Below are positions 10,445 to 20,017 of a DNA stretch of 64,000 nucleotides, one piece after another; position 1 is the stretch's first letter, and every line of letters starts with the position of its first letter. Source of the DNA: Clostridium sp. (lineage in GTDB: Bacteria; Bacillota; Clostridia; Lachnospirales; Lachnospiraceae). Position numbers and translations under genes: made by a program. Location of the stretch: positions 4,317 to 68,316 of the forward strand of contig JAGBNL010000052.1 in assembly GCA_017634415.1 (NCBI GenBank). The letters are read 5' to 3'. The notes beneath the pieces were generated by a model, which ran no database searches, was not told the origin of the DNA, and saw only the letters and a program-made list of their open reading frames with translations.

Positions 10445-11659
10445 ATGCCTGAAGAATATGTTTTTAATGACACCTTACCCGTTGCCCCGCTGAAGCTTGC
10501 GGCGCTGGACAGCTGCCGCGACCTGGCCGAAAAGGTAGATAAACACATCATCCAGTTTAGACAGAACGATATCGAAGTACTCATGCGCCGGCAGCAGGAC
10601 CTGCATTTCCGCGGTTATGATGCCGAGTCCTATCTTCTGAAGTGTAAATGTTCCCGGTTCGGCAGCGGCGAAGCAAAAGGTGAAATCCTGGAATCCGTCC
10701 GCGGCAAGGACATCTACGCGATGGTGGATATCACCAATTACAGCCTCACTTACCGTATCAACGGCTTCACCAATCACATGTCGCCCGACGACCATTTTCA
10801 GGATCTGAAGCGGATTATCGGAGCTACCGTATCCACCGCCAAGAGAGTAAACGTGATCATGCCTTTCCTGTATGAGGGACGGCAGCACAAGAGATCGGGG
10901 AGAGAATCCCTGGACTGCGCCATGATGCTTCGGGAGCTGGTGCAGATGGGCGTCAGCAATATCATCACCTTCGATGCCCATGACCCCAGAGTCCAGAACG
11001 CTATTCCGCTGACAGGCCTGGACAATTTCATGCCCACCTACCAGTTTATCAAGGCCATCTTCCGCCGCGACAGAAGTCTCCGCATCGACAAGGATACCCT
11101 GATGGTGATAAGCCCGGATGAAGGCGCCATGAGCCGCGCCGTTTATCTGGCCAACAACCTGGGCGTGGATGTCGGCATGTTCTACAAGCGCCGCGATTAT
11201 TCCCGCGTGGTAAACGGCCGCAATCCCATCGTGGCCCATGAGTTCCTGGGTTCCAATGTCAAGGGCAAGACCGTTATTATCATCGATGATATGATCTCCT
11301 CCGGCGAAAGCATGCTGGATACCGCAAAGGAGCTGAAGGAGAAGCAGGCGGAGCGCATCATCATCGCCACCACCTTCGGACTCTTCACCGACGGCCTGGC
11401 CAAATTTGATGACTTCTATCAGAAGGGCTACTTTGATTTCCTCATCACCACCAACCTGAACTACCGCACGCCGGAGCTCCTTACCAGACCCTGGTACGAG
11501 GAGGCGGACATGAGCAAGTTCATCGCGGCCATCATCAATTCCATGAACCACAACGTATCCATGGAGCGGGCCCTCACTTCCACTGACCGCATCCAGGCAG
11601 TCATCAAAAAGCATAACATTGATTCCGACGGATACAATTACGTAAACTCTCTCATCTGA
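10445..11659 (+). CDS. prs: Ribose-phosphate pyrophosphokinase
   Basis: RFGSGE, PFLYEGRQ, DAH, SPDEGA, KRR, IIDDMISSGES PRPP-binding motif; RBS GGAGG. Confidence 0.92.
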   Translation: MPEEYVFNDTLPVAPLKLAALDSCRDLAEKVDKHIIQFRQNDIEVLMRRQQDLHFRGYDAESYLLKCKCSRFGSGEAKGEILESVRGKDIYAMVDITNYSLTYRINGFTNHMSPDDHFQDLKRIIGATVSTAKRVNVIMPFLYEGRQHKRSGRESLDCAMMLRELVQMGVSNIITFDAHDPRVQNAIPLTGLDNFMPTYQFIKAIFRRDRSLRIDKDTLMVISPDEGAMSRAVYLANNLGVDVGMFYKRRDYSRVVNGRNPIVAHEFLGSNVKGKTVIIIDDMISSGESMLDTAKELKEKQAERIIIATTFGLFTDGLAKFDDFYQKGYFDFLITTNLNYRTPELLTRPWYEEADMSKFIAAIINSMNHNVSMERALTSTDRIQAVIKKHNIDSDGYNYVNSLI

Positions 11660-11693
11660 GCCCTTCGTAAGAATCCGCCGGAAACAGCATAAG

Positions 11694-11746
11694 AAGAGCC
11701 GGAGCAGCAGGCTTATCGCGAGGATAAGCTTACTGCTACGGCTCTT
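11694..11746. terminator. Long hairpin between convergent prs and recG, probably bidirectional terminator
   Basis: AAGAGCCG-GAGCAG-CAGGCTTATC...GATAAGCTTA-CTGCTA-CGGCTCTT, about 24-bp imperfect stem. Confidence 0.7.
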
Positions 11747-11801
11747 TATTAGTAACTGTTCAGAACCCTCCCCGCACCTCGCGAAATCTGATTTCGTTTT
11801 T

Positions 11802-13874
11802 TTACAGATTCAGCTCCGCATACCGGTCCGCCAGATATTCTTCCAGCATCCGCCTGAGCCCTTCATTCTCTTTCGCGGAGAGATCGGGATCTGCCGACAC
11901 CAGCGCCGCGGCCTCCTCCGAGGCAGCCTTCAGCACGTCCGCGTCCGCGAAGATATCCGCCAGCGAAAACTGCATTTCCCCGGTCTGCCGGACGCCGAAG
12001 ATATCCCCCGGTCCCCTGAGCCTCAGATCCTCTGAAGCGATGAAAAAGCCGTCATCCGAATTCTTCAGGATATTCAGCCGTTCCGCCGCCTCCTCATCCC
12101 CCGTATTGACCATGATACAGTAGGACTGGGCGTCTCCCCGTCCCACACGCCCCCGCAGCTGATGAACCTGTGCCAGGCCGAATCTCTCCGCATTCTCAAT
12201 CATCATGACCGTGGCGGAAGGAACATTGATTCCCACCTCGATAACCGTGGTGGAGACAAGAACCTGAATTTTCCCTGCGGCGAACTCCTCCATCACCTCA
12301 TTTTTTTCCTCCGGCTTCATCCTGCCGTGCAGGCAGCCGACCCGGATTCCGGTTCCTTTGTATTTCTCCCGGAGCAGTTCTGAATAATCGGTGACATTTT
12401 CCACTTCCTGCAGCTCCCCGGGCTCCACCATGGGACAGATGACATAGGACTGGTGTCCCGCCTGCGCTTCTCTGGCAATAAACCGGTAGGCATTCTCCCG
12501 ATATTCCGTTCCCACCACCGCGTTCTTTATGGGAAGCCTTTTTGCGGGAAGATGGTCAATCACGGAGATATCCAGGTCCCCGTAGAGAATCACCGCCAGC
12601 GTCCGCGGGATCGGGGTCGCACTCATGACCAGCACGTGGGGCGCATCCCCTTTTCCCTCGAGGCCTGCCCGCTGGTTCACGCCGAACCGGTGCTGTTCAT
12701 CGGTAATCACCAGCGCCAGGGAATGGTATTCCACCTTTTCCTGTATGAGGGCGTGGGTTCCGATGATGATATCAATCTCACGGCTGCGGAGCTTATCGTA
12801 TATCTCCCGCCGCTCCTTCCCCTTCACGGAACCTGTCAGCAGGGCGATCCGCACGGGCACGCGGCTTCCTTCGAAGAGTTTCGCAAGGGATTCACAGTGC
12901 TGCTTTGCCAGCACCTCCGTCGGCGCCATCAGCGCCCCCTGGTAGCCGTTTTTTACCGCCTCATACAGGGCCAGTGCGGCGATTACGGTTTTCCCCGACC
13001 CCACATCTCCCTGAAGAAGACGCTTCATGATATGCCCCGAAGACAGGTCCGCCCGGATTTCCCCGAGCACCTTCTCCTGGGCTTCGGTCAGCTGATAGGG
13101 GAGCTTTTCCAGGATATCGGGACTTCCGTCAGAGACCGTAAAGGGATAATAGCTGCGCTGCCGCTCTCCGGCTCCTCTCAGAAGCTTTGCCGAAACTGCG
13201 AAGAGGAAAAACTCGTCAAACACCAGACGTTTTCTTGCCGCTGCAAGCTGCTCCCTGCTGTCTGGAAAATGAATCCGCTCCAGAGATTCCGCCCAGGGCC
13301 TGAGATCGTACTTTCTGATGATGTTCTCCGGCAGATATTCCGGGGGCCGGAAAGCCGCTGTGTCAAAGGCCTCCTGAACAGTCCGCTGGATGGTTTTGTT
13401 CCCCAGGCCCTTTGTCTGCCCGTACACCGGCACCATCCGCTCCGCCAGATGCGCGTAATCTCCCGGGGAATATACTTCCGGCTGCTCCATGGTAAGCCGT
13501 CCCCGTTTTCTGACGACTCTTCCGCGGAATACATACTGCTGTCCCGCATGGAGCTGTTTTTTCAGCCAGGGCATGTTGAACCAGACCAGCGTGAGTGTTC
13601 CGCCCCCGGTTCCCGGGCCTTCTTCCTTCAGCGTCACCGTGGCCACCGGCATCCGTCCGTATCTGAGAACATCCGGCTGCTTCGGAAGAAATGCCATCAC
13701 CGCGCCGGTGCGGTCAGGATTCAGTTCGCCGATGGTTTTCGGAGCCTCATATACATCATACCCCCTGGGATAATAGTGCAGGAGATCCTCCACTGTGTTC
13801 ACGCCCAGCCGGCGGAACAGTTCCCCTGTCTTTTTCCCGATTCCTTTAAGTTCTGTAATATCGCGTCGATCCAT
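11802..13874 (-). CDS. recG: ATP-dependent DNA helicase RecG
   Basis: RLLQGDVGSGKT, DEQHRFG, MSATPIPRT, HQLRGRVGR, DLRLRGPG. Confidence 0.97.
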   Translation of the reverse strand: MDRRDITELKGIGKKTGELFRRLGVNTVEDLLHYYPRGYDVYEAPKTIGELNPDRTGAVMAFLPKQPDVLRYGRMPVATVTLKEEGPGTGGGTLTLVWFNMPWLKKQLHAGQQYVFRGRVVRKRGRLTMEQPEVYSPGDYAHLAERMVPVYGQTKGLGNKTIQRTVQEAFDTAAFRPPEYLPENIIRKYDLRPWAESLERIHFPDSREQLAAARKRLVFDEFFLFAVSAKLLRGAGERQRSYYPFTVSDGSPDILEKLPYQLTEAQEKVLGEIRADLSSGHIMKRLLQGDVGSGKTVIAALALYEAVKNGYQGALMAPTEVLAKQHCESLAKLFEGSRVPVRIALLTGSVKGKERREIYDKLRSREIDIIIGTHALIQEKVEYHSLALVITDEQHRFGVNQRAGLEGKGDAPHVLVMSATPIPRTLAVILYGDLDISVIDHLPAKRLPIKNAVVGTEYRENAYRFIAREAQAGHQSYVICPMVEPGELQEVENVTDYSELLREKYKGTGIRVGCLHGRMKPEEKNEVMEEFAAGKIQVLVSTTVIEVGINVPSATVMMIENAERFGLAQVHQLRGRVGRGDAQSYCIMVNTGDEEAAERLNILKNSDDGFFIASEDLRLRGPGDIFGVRQTGEMQFSLADIFADADVLKAASEEAAALVSADPDLSAKENEGLRRMLEEYLADRYAELNL

Positions 13875-13894
13875 TTACTTGCCCTTTTGTGAAA

Positions 13895-13936
13895 AGAGCC
13901 GCCGCATCAGGCTTTCGGCCTTCATGCGGCAGCTCT
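13895..13936 (-). terminator. Intrinsic-terminator-like hairpin between fakA and recG
   Basis: AGAGCTGCCGCAT...ATGCGGCGGCTCT followed by TTT on minus strand. Confidence 0.55.
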
Positions 13937-13966
13937 CTGCAGACACAGGTAACTTGTGTTTTTACC

Positions 13967-15652
13967 TTATTCCACGGAAACGATGTAATAGTATACGGGC
14001 TGGCCGCCGTAATGCAGTTCCGCATCACAGTCCCCGTATTTCTCCTGCACCTTCTCCAGAAGGGCATTCGCCTTGTCCTCCGGCGTATCTGCCCCGTAAT
14101 AGATGGTGATAAGCTCGGCGTCTTCCTCCGTCATTTTTTCAATGGCGGAAAGAACAGCCTCCTCCGGATCCCCGGCGACACCCAGCAGGCCGTCATCACC
14201 GATGGCCATGATATCCCCTTCATGAATCTCTGTGCCATCAATGGTGGTGTTGCGCACCGCATATGTGACCTCACAGGTTTTTACCAGGGCAATCTCCTGC
14301 TCCATTTCCGTCAGATTCTCCTCGGGAAGAAGCTCCTGAGAGAAGTTGATCATGCCCGTGATTCCCTGGGGAAGCGTTTTTGTGGGCACAACCACAATTC
14401 TGCACTTATCTTCAATGGCAGCCGCCTGGTTGGCCGCAAGAATAATATTCTTGTTGTTCGGGAAGATATAGACCGTATCAGCGCAGGCTTTCTCCGCAGC
14501 CTTCAGGATATCCTCCGTGCTGGGGTTCATGGTCTGACCGCCCTCAATTACATCCGTCGCACCGATGCCCCGGAAGATCTCCGCCATGCCGTCTCCCGCG
14601 GCGACGGCCACCAGTGCATAGGGCTTCCGCTGTTCCTTCTTTGATTCTTCCTTTAATTTGTCAGCTTCCTTCTGTTCTCTGGCCAGACGCTCGGAATCCT
14701 GGATTACCTTCTCATGATGCTCGACTCTCATGTTGTCGATCTTCATGTTGGTCAGGAAGCCGTAGGTCAGCGCTCTCTGGATGGCGTCGCCGGGTTCATT
14801 CGTATGTACATGAACCTTGACCACATCATCCAGGGAAACCACAACGATGGAATCTCCGATGGAATCCAGATATTTCTTGAATTCCTCTTCCGTCTCCTCT
14901 GTATATTCTGACTGAAGATTGATGATAAACTCGGTGCAGTAGCCGAAACGGATATCCTTCTCCTCGGCGGGACTGCCGTTGCCGGAATAAATCGGCGGGT
15001 GGGCAGGACCGTCAATATTGAGCTCGCCGGAATCCCTTCCCAGCAGGCCGTCAAGACAGCCCTTCAGAACAGTCATCAGACCCATGCCGCCGGAATCCAC
15101 TACGCCAGCTTCCTTCAGGACCGGCAGGAGCTCCGGTGTCTTCTCCAGGGTCTCATCGCCGAAGGCAATGACCTGCTCCGCGAACTCCACGATATCATCG
15201 GTCTCCAGCGCCGCTTCCGCAGCTTTCTCGGCTATGCCGCGGGCCACAGTAAGGATCGTTCCTTCCTTCGGCTTCATGACAGCCTTGTAGGCCGTCTCCG
15301 TCGCACGGTTAAACGCGGCTGCCAGGACATTGGTGTCGATGGAATCCAGCGTCTTGATCTCCTTCGCGAATCCACGGAACAGCTGGGACAGGATAACGCC
15401 GGAATTCCCCCGCGCGCCGCGGAGAGAACCGGAAGACATGGCCTTCGCGATATTCTCCATGGTCGGCTGCTCAATGGCGTTTACCTCACGGGCCGCAGAA
15501 AGAATGGTCATTGTCATGTTGGTTCCCGTATCGCCGTCCGGCACAGGGAATACATTCAGCTCGTTGATCTTCTCCTTGTTGGCCTCGAGGTTTTTGGCCC
15601 CGGCAAGAAAGGCGGTGCGAAGCATCGCCGCATCAATAACCTTTATTTCCAC
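13967..15652 (-). CDS. fakA: DAK2 domain protein, fatty acid kinase catalytic subunit (YloV/FakA)
   Basis: NELNVFPVPDGDTGTNM, GARGNSGVILSQ, GYCTEF, VHVHTN, GGQTMNPS, GGQPVYYY; GTG start with AAGGAGG RBS. Confidence 0.93.
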   Translation of the reverse strand: MEIKVIDAAMLRTAFLAGAKNLEANKEKINELNVFPVPDGDTGTNMTMTILSAAREVNAIEQPTMENIAKAMSSGSLRGARGNSGVILSQLFRGFAKEIKTLDSIDTNVLAAAFNRATETAYKAVMKPKEGTILTVARGIAEKAAEAALETDDIVEFAEQVIAFGDETLEKTPELLPVLKEAGVVDSGGMGLMTVLKGCLDGLLGRDSGELNIDGPAHPPIYSGNGSPAEEKDIRFGYCTEFIINLQSEYTEETEEEFKKYLDSIGDSIVVVSLDDVVKVHVHTNEPGDAIQRALTYGFLTNMKIDNMRVEHHEKVIQDSERLAREQKEADKLKEESKKEQRKPYALVAVAAGDGMAEIFRGIGATDVIEGGQTMNPSTEDILKAAEKACADTVYIFPNNKNIILAANQAAAIEDKCRIVVVPTKTLPQGITGMINFSQELLPEENLTEMEQEIALVKTCEVTYAVRNTTIDGTEIHEGDIMAIGDDGLLGVAGDPEEAVLSAIEKMTEEDAELITIYYGADTPEDKANALLEKVQEKYGDCDAELHYGGQPVYYYIVSVE

Positions 15653-15666
15653 AGGAATAATCCTCC

Positions 15667-16023
15667 TTAATCAATCACTCTGACACCTTCAATGTAGATG
15701 TTAATCTTCTTCACCTTCATTCCGGTGCACTCCTCCACCTTATAGCGGACATTCTCGATAAGATTATCCGCCACGGTAGAGATGCTTACGCCGTAAGCAA
15801 CTATAACATGAAAATCGATTGTAATATTGTTGTCGTGAATCGATACATTAATACCGTGTGTCAGGCTTTCTTTCTTAAGCAGGCGGACAAACCCTTCTTT
15901 CATGCTGACTGCAGCCATGCCGACGATACCAAAGCATTCCACGGCTGTGGTTCCGGCATACATGGCGATGACTTCCGGATCAATCTGCACTGAGCCAAGT
16001 TTATTCTCAATACGTCCTTTCAT
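15667..16023 (-). CDS. Asp23/Gls24 family protein (YloU-like)
   Basis: ECFGIVGMA, VAYGVSI; start set at ATG 16023 after GGAGG; classic position between rpmB and yloV. Confidence 0.9.
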   Translation of the reverse strand: MKGRIENKLGSVQIDPEVIAMYAGTTAVECFGIVGMAAVSMKEGFVRLLKKESLTHGINVSIHDNNITIDFHVIVAYGVSISTVADNLIENVRYKVEECTGMKVKKINIYIEGVRVID

Positions 16024-16112
16024 AGATTTCCTCCAAAACATTGATTTGCGCCTTGCAGTTACATTAGTATAACCTATTTCACGAAAAAAGGAAACAATTT
16101 TTTAAATACTGC

Positions 16113-16141
16113 TTGCAAAATAGCAACCCATCTGCTAAGAT
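16113..16141 (+). promoter_or_regulatory. Putative extended -10 sigma-A promoter of rpmB
   Basis: TTGCAA-17 bp-TAAGAT with TGn upstream of -10. Confidence 0.6.
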
Positions 16142-16215
16142 ACCATTGTTATGGATTTTTCACCGGATGTATGTCCGGTTTTCAAAGTCCTATCTTCATA
16201 TAAGGAGGTGCTATT

Positions 16216-16401
16216 ATGGCGAAATGTGCAATCTGTGAAAAAGCAGCTCACTTCGGAAACAACGTGAGCCATTCACATAGAAGATCCAACCATATTTGGA
16301 AGTCCAATGTGAAATCCGTGAAAGTCCTCACCGACAAGGGTGCGCGCAAGATGTATGTTTGTACTTCCTGCCTCAGATCAGGACTTGTAGAGCGTGCTTA
16401 A
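16216..16401 (+). CDS. rpmB: 50S ribosomal protein L28 (Cys-containing form)
   Basis: MAKCAIC...GNNVSHSH...YVCTSCLRSG; TAAGGAGGT RBS. Confidence 0.97.
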   Translation: MAKCAICEKAAHFGNNVSHSHRRSNHIWKSNVKSVKVLTDKGARKMYVCTSCLRSGLVERA

Positions 16402-16417
16402 TCTAACAACAGACCGC

Positions 16418-16455
16418 AGAAAACGTCCGGCTTTTGCCGGACGTTTTCTTTTTCC
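16418..16455 (+). terminator. Rho-independent terminator after rpmB (likely bidirectional)
   Basis: AGAAAACGTCCGGC-TTTT-GCCGGACGTTTTCT 14-bp perfect stem plus T tract. Confidence 0.9.
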
Positions 16456-16480
16456 TTTTTCTATTGTCAGGGGAAGGTAC

Positions 16481-16921
16481 TTATTTCCCCTGCTTCTCCA
16501 CAACAATCTCTTCCACCGCAGGTGCTTCCTGTGCCATATCTTCCGCCGCCGCATTGGCCCGGATCATGGAATCCTCGCTGATCTGATTCTTTCCCGTGAA
16601 CTTGTTCACCATATCCGGCACCATATCCACTATCTTGGAGACTGCATCCTGATGCTTGATGCTGATGAGCTTTGTCACGCCGTTCTGAATAATCAGCAGG
16701 GCGGAGGGCGACATCTTTGCGCTCAGGCCGCCTGCGCCGTCATTCTTCTTCTCCTTGTTGAAGGCGCCGGCTGCCATACCGCAGCTGACATCGATCAGAG
16801 GAATCATCACGGTATCCTCATCCAAACGGACTGCCTCACCAACCACTGTCTTGCTGGTTACGAAGGTATCCATTCCCCGGAACAATGCCTCCACAGTCTC
16901 TGAAAAGTGATTCTCTCCCAT
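16481..16921 (-). CDS. GerW/YtfJ family protein
   Basis: KTVVGEAV, IPLIDVSCG, GAGGL, PSALLII, DMVPD. Confidence 0.85.
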   Translation of the reverse strand: MGENHFSETVEALFRGMDTFVTSKTVVGEAVRLDEDTVMIPLIDVSCGMAAGAFNKEKKNDGAGGLSAKMSPSALLIIQNGVTKLISIKHQDAVSKIVDMVPDMVNKFTGKNQISEDSMIRANAAAEDMAQEAPAVEEIVVEKQGK

Positions 16922-16934
16922 TGATTCTTCCTCC

Positions 16935-17948
16935 TTATTTTCTCTTCAGCAGCATGCGCAGCAGTCTGCGGAAATTCTTGTTGAGCAGTATACGCACCGC
17001 GCATACCGCAATATATCCGAGACGAAGATGTCCCCTGATACTGACTTCTCCGTCAATCACCTTCTCATCAAACACAGGCGTGAAACGGAACGTTTCCTGG
17101 TACCAGGGCCAGAAAAAAGCGGCCGCGCTCATCACCTTTCCCATGGTATAGGGGTCTTCCAGTCCCAGGGTAAGATACCCCTCAAGCTTCCGCGGCCTGA
17201 TGTGCCGCAGGATCTTCAGGAGCTGACGGATGATAAGGGCAAAGGTCTTCCGGTTCTCCTCATCCTCCAGGAATTCCATCCCCATCTCCGCTTTTTCGCT
17301 GAGCTCCTCCGCCTTCTCCAGGAGGGATTCCCAACGTGTTTCAAGGGAATCCAGAAAATCCTCCGCGCGCTCTATAAGGGACCTGGGATCCTTTTCCTTT
17401 TTCGGTTTCTTCTCTTTTTTCGGTTTCTTATCTTTTGCGGGCTTTTTCTTCTTTCCGCTCTCCGGCGCTTCCTCCGGCACCGCTTCACTGCCCCCGTAAG
17501 ATTCCGCAGCGGCCGTATCCGACTCCTGGACAGACGCGGCAGGAGCTTCCGGAACAGTCTGCACCGTCTCTGCCAAGGGAGTGCCCGTCACCTCCGGAGC
17601 GGCAGGCGCCGTTTCCTCCGCAGGAAGCAGGGTTTCCGTGCCGTCCGGCACAGCCTCCGGCGTTTTCTTCCCCTTCTTTTTCTTCCGGGGTTTCGAAGAA
17701 AGAATCGTTTTCCCGAAAACCTTCACCGAATAATATATCCTGTCCTGATACCCCCCGCAGACACTCAGCAGCCGGAACAGCCACGTGACTGATACCTCCG
17801 CCTTCTTTTTCTCATGGAATTCTCCATCCAGCCGGTACCGCAGCGGAACAAGTAGAGCCAGAAGAAGAACTAACAGGATAAGGCCGAGTATCACAGCCAG
17901 CATAATGCCGAGCACCTTCAGAATGGTCAGCAGTATGTGTACTATCAT
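16935..17948 (-). CDS. DUF2953 (YtfI-like) membrane-anchored protein
   Basis: N-terminal TM, PLRY, low-complexity Ala/Glu/Lys insert, C-terminal GLEDPYTMG...PVF motif; upstream of ytfJ-like gene. Confidence 0.8.
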   Translation of the reverse strand: MIVHILLTILKVLGIMLAVILGLILLVLLLALLVPLRYRLDGEFHEKKKAEVSVTWLFRLLSVCGGYQDRIYYSVKVFGKTILSSKPRKKKKGKKTPEAVPDGTETLLPAEETAPAAPEVTGTPLAETVQTVPEAPAASVQESDTAAAESYGGSEAVPEEAPESGKKKKPAKDKKPKKEKKPKKEKDPRSLIERAEDFLDSLETRWESLLEKAEELSEKAEMGMEFLEDEENRKTFALIIRQLLKILRHIRPRKLEGYLTLGLEDPYTMGKVMSAAAFFWPWYQETFRFTPVFDEKVIDGEVSIRGHLRLGYIAVCAVRILLNKNFRRLLRMLLKRK

Positions 17949-18253
17949 AACATCCTTTCCAGTTCAAATGTGCCGGTGGTACGGTACAGTGTTCCGACGA
18001 TCCTTCCGGCAACTTCAAGGGCTTCGTCATATCCCTTCGCCACGCCGACCACAAAGAGATCCTGTTTCTCCTCATACCATTCCTTTTTGATTTCCCCGGC
18101 GGGAATGATATCAAGAATATTTGCGGGATTCGAAGCGGGAACGATCAGATAGATTCCCCCAAGTCCTTTTTTGTTTCGGATTTTTTCCAGGATGTCAAAC
18201 CGGTGTTTTCCGGCTTTTTCTCCCATATACAGGTGTTCATACCACTCTGTCAT
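17945..18253 (-). CDS. Hypothetical protein (102 aa)
   Basis: Overlaps both neighbours (translational coupling), normal codon style, LFVVGVAKGYDEA. Confidence 0.75.
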   Translation of the reverse strand: MTEWYEHLYMGEKAGKHRFDILEKIRNKKGLGGIYLIVPASNPANILDIIPAGEIKKEWYEEKQDLFVVGVAKGYDEALEVAGRIVGTLYRTTGTFELERML

Positions 18254-19472
18254 TCAGAACTCTCCTCGCGAGATCCAGCGCCATCTCCGCGGCCTGTTCC
18301 CGGATTCTCTGGCGATTGCCGCGGAAACGGTATTCCTCTGTAACCACTCTGTCCTTCAGCGCGCATCCGATATAAACCAGTCCGACGTCATCTCCGTCGG
18401 GGCCTGCATAACCCGTAACCGAAACCGCGATATCCGCCTTTCCTTCTATCCTGGCCCCCACGGCCATCTCCGCGGCTGTCTCGGCGCTTACGGCCGTAAA
18501 CCGTCTGAGGGTCTTTTTCTTTACTCCCAGCATCCGGTGCTTGGCCTTGTCGGAATAGGTGACAAAGCTTCCGCCGAACACATCCGACGCGCCGGCTACA
18601 TTGACCAGACGGGCGCTGACCATTCCTCCGGTACAGGATTCCGCTGTCGTAATTTTCAGATCCTGCTCCCGGAGCATTCTGATAATCACATCCTCCAGGG
18701 TCTCCTGTTCATCGGTGGTGAATACTTCTCCGGGAAATCTGTCCATGATTTCCCTTACCACCGGCTGAAGGATGCTCTCTGCTTCCTCCTCTGATGCTCC
18801 CTTTGCCGTCACGCGGACATGAACCTCTCTGGTTTTCGCATAGGTTGCAATCGTGGGATTGGTCTGGTTATCTATCAGATCGAGAAGTCTCTCTTCCACC
18901 GAGCTCTCCCCGGTACCGCAGATCTTAACCATGGCGGAGAGAAGGACACTGTCGCTTTTTTCCCGGAAGTAGGGAATGACCTGGTTCTCCACCATCGGAA
19001 TCAGCTCCACGGGCGGCCCCGGCAGAAGAATGGCTGTTTTCCCGTCCTTCTCGATGGCAAGGCCCGGTGCGGTGCCGTTCCCGTTCATGAAGATGTGCTG
19101 TCCCTCCGGAACCATGGCCTGCCGGTATATGCTTGCGGCCACGTTCTTTCTTTTCGCAGTCATGAGCCATTCATCAATATGGCTGCGCACGCCTGCATCC
19201 TCCGTCAGAGGCACGCCCATCACCTCACAGCAGATATCTTTGGTGATATCATCCTCTGTGGGCCCCAGGCCGCCGCTGAGAATCACAAGATTCACCCTGC
19301 CGAGGGCGGTGCGGATCACCTCTCTCATACGCTCCGGATTATCTCCCACGGAAGTCTGATACAGCACCTCATAGCCCATGCCGGCACACTTTTCCGCAAG
19401 ATATTTCGCATTCGTATTCAGGATGTTGCCCATCAGTATCTCAGTACCGACGGAGATCAATTCAGCAGTCAT
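18237..19472 (-). CDS. cinA: Competence/damage-inducible protein CinA (MoCF-like domain plus NMN deamidase)
   Basis: VGTEIL, GGLGPTEDDIT, LPGPP, TAESCTGG, TGYAGP. Confidence 0.95.
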   Translation of the reverse strand: MTAELISVGTEILMGNILNTNAKYLAEKCAGMGYEVLYQTSVGDNPERMREVIRTALGRVNLVILSGGLGPTEDDITKDICCEVMGVPLTEDAGVRSHIDEWLMTAKRKNVAASIYRQAMVPEGQHIFMNGNGTAPGLAIEKDGKTAILLPGPPVELIPMVENQVIPYFREKSDSVLLSAMVKICGTGESSVEERLLDLIDNQTNPTIATYAKTREVHVRVTAKGASEEEAESILQPVVREIMDRFPGEVFTTDEQETLEDVIIRMLREQDLKITTAESCTGGMVSARLVNVAGASDVFGGSFVTYSDKAKHRMLGVKKKTLRRFTAVSAETAAEMAVGARIEGKADIAVSVTGYAGPDGDDVGLVYIGCALKDRVVTEEYRFRGNRQRIREQAAEMALDLARRVLNDRVV

Positions 19473-19474
19473 AA

Positions 19475-20017
19475 TCAGATATCTCCTGTCATCAGAATCT
19501 GATAATTCTTCTTGATATAATCAACAAGGGAAATAATCGTAAGCGCCAGTGCCACCCAGATGCAGATCTGTTTGGGGATCTCCAGGGCGGGGATATCCAG
19601 AATCATAAGGATAACCGCAAACATCTGGAATGTGGTCTTAAACTTGCCCCAGTAGCTGGCGGCAATCACAACGCCGTTGTCGGAGGCCACCAGGCGGAAT
19701 CCGCTGATGATGAACTCACGGCCGATGATGATAACCACCATCCATGCCGCGATCTCCTTCAGATCGATCAGACATATAAGGGCGGAGCATACCAGAAGCT
19801 TATCGGCCAGCGGGTCCATAAACTTTCCGAAATCCGTCACCAGATTGTACTTCCTCGCGATCTTGCCGTCAGCAAGGTCCGTCAGACTGGCAATGATGAA
19901 AAGAGCCAGCGCGATCAGCCGGAACGTATAGTTTTCTCCGTGCTGCCAGAGCAGAAAAAAAACAAAAAACGGTACCAGAATCATGCGCAGTGTTGTAAGT
20001 TTATTCGGCAAATTCAT
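19475..20017 (-). CDS. pgsA: CDP-diacylglycerol-glycerol-3-phosphate 3-phosphatidyltransferase
   Basis: MNLPNKLT, TDLADGKIAR...FGKFMDPLADK CDP-alcohol motif. Confidence 0.96.
   Translation of the reverse strand: MNLPNKLTTLRMILVPFFVFFLLWQHGENYTFRLIALALFIIASLTDLADGKIARKYNLVTDFGKFMDPLADKLLVCSALICLIDLKEIAAWMVVIIIGREFIISGFRLVASDNGVVIAASYWGKFKTTFQMFAVILMILDIPALEIPKQICIWVALALTIISLVDYIKKNYQILMTGDI

Noticed and set aside
17390-17452. 18-bp imperfect repeats encoding KKPKKE
   Set aside because: Low-complexity coding linker, not a CRISPR array or mobile repeat
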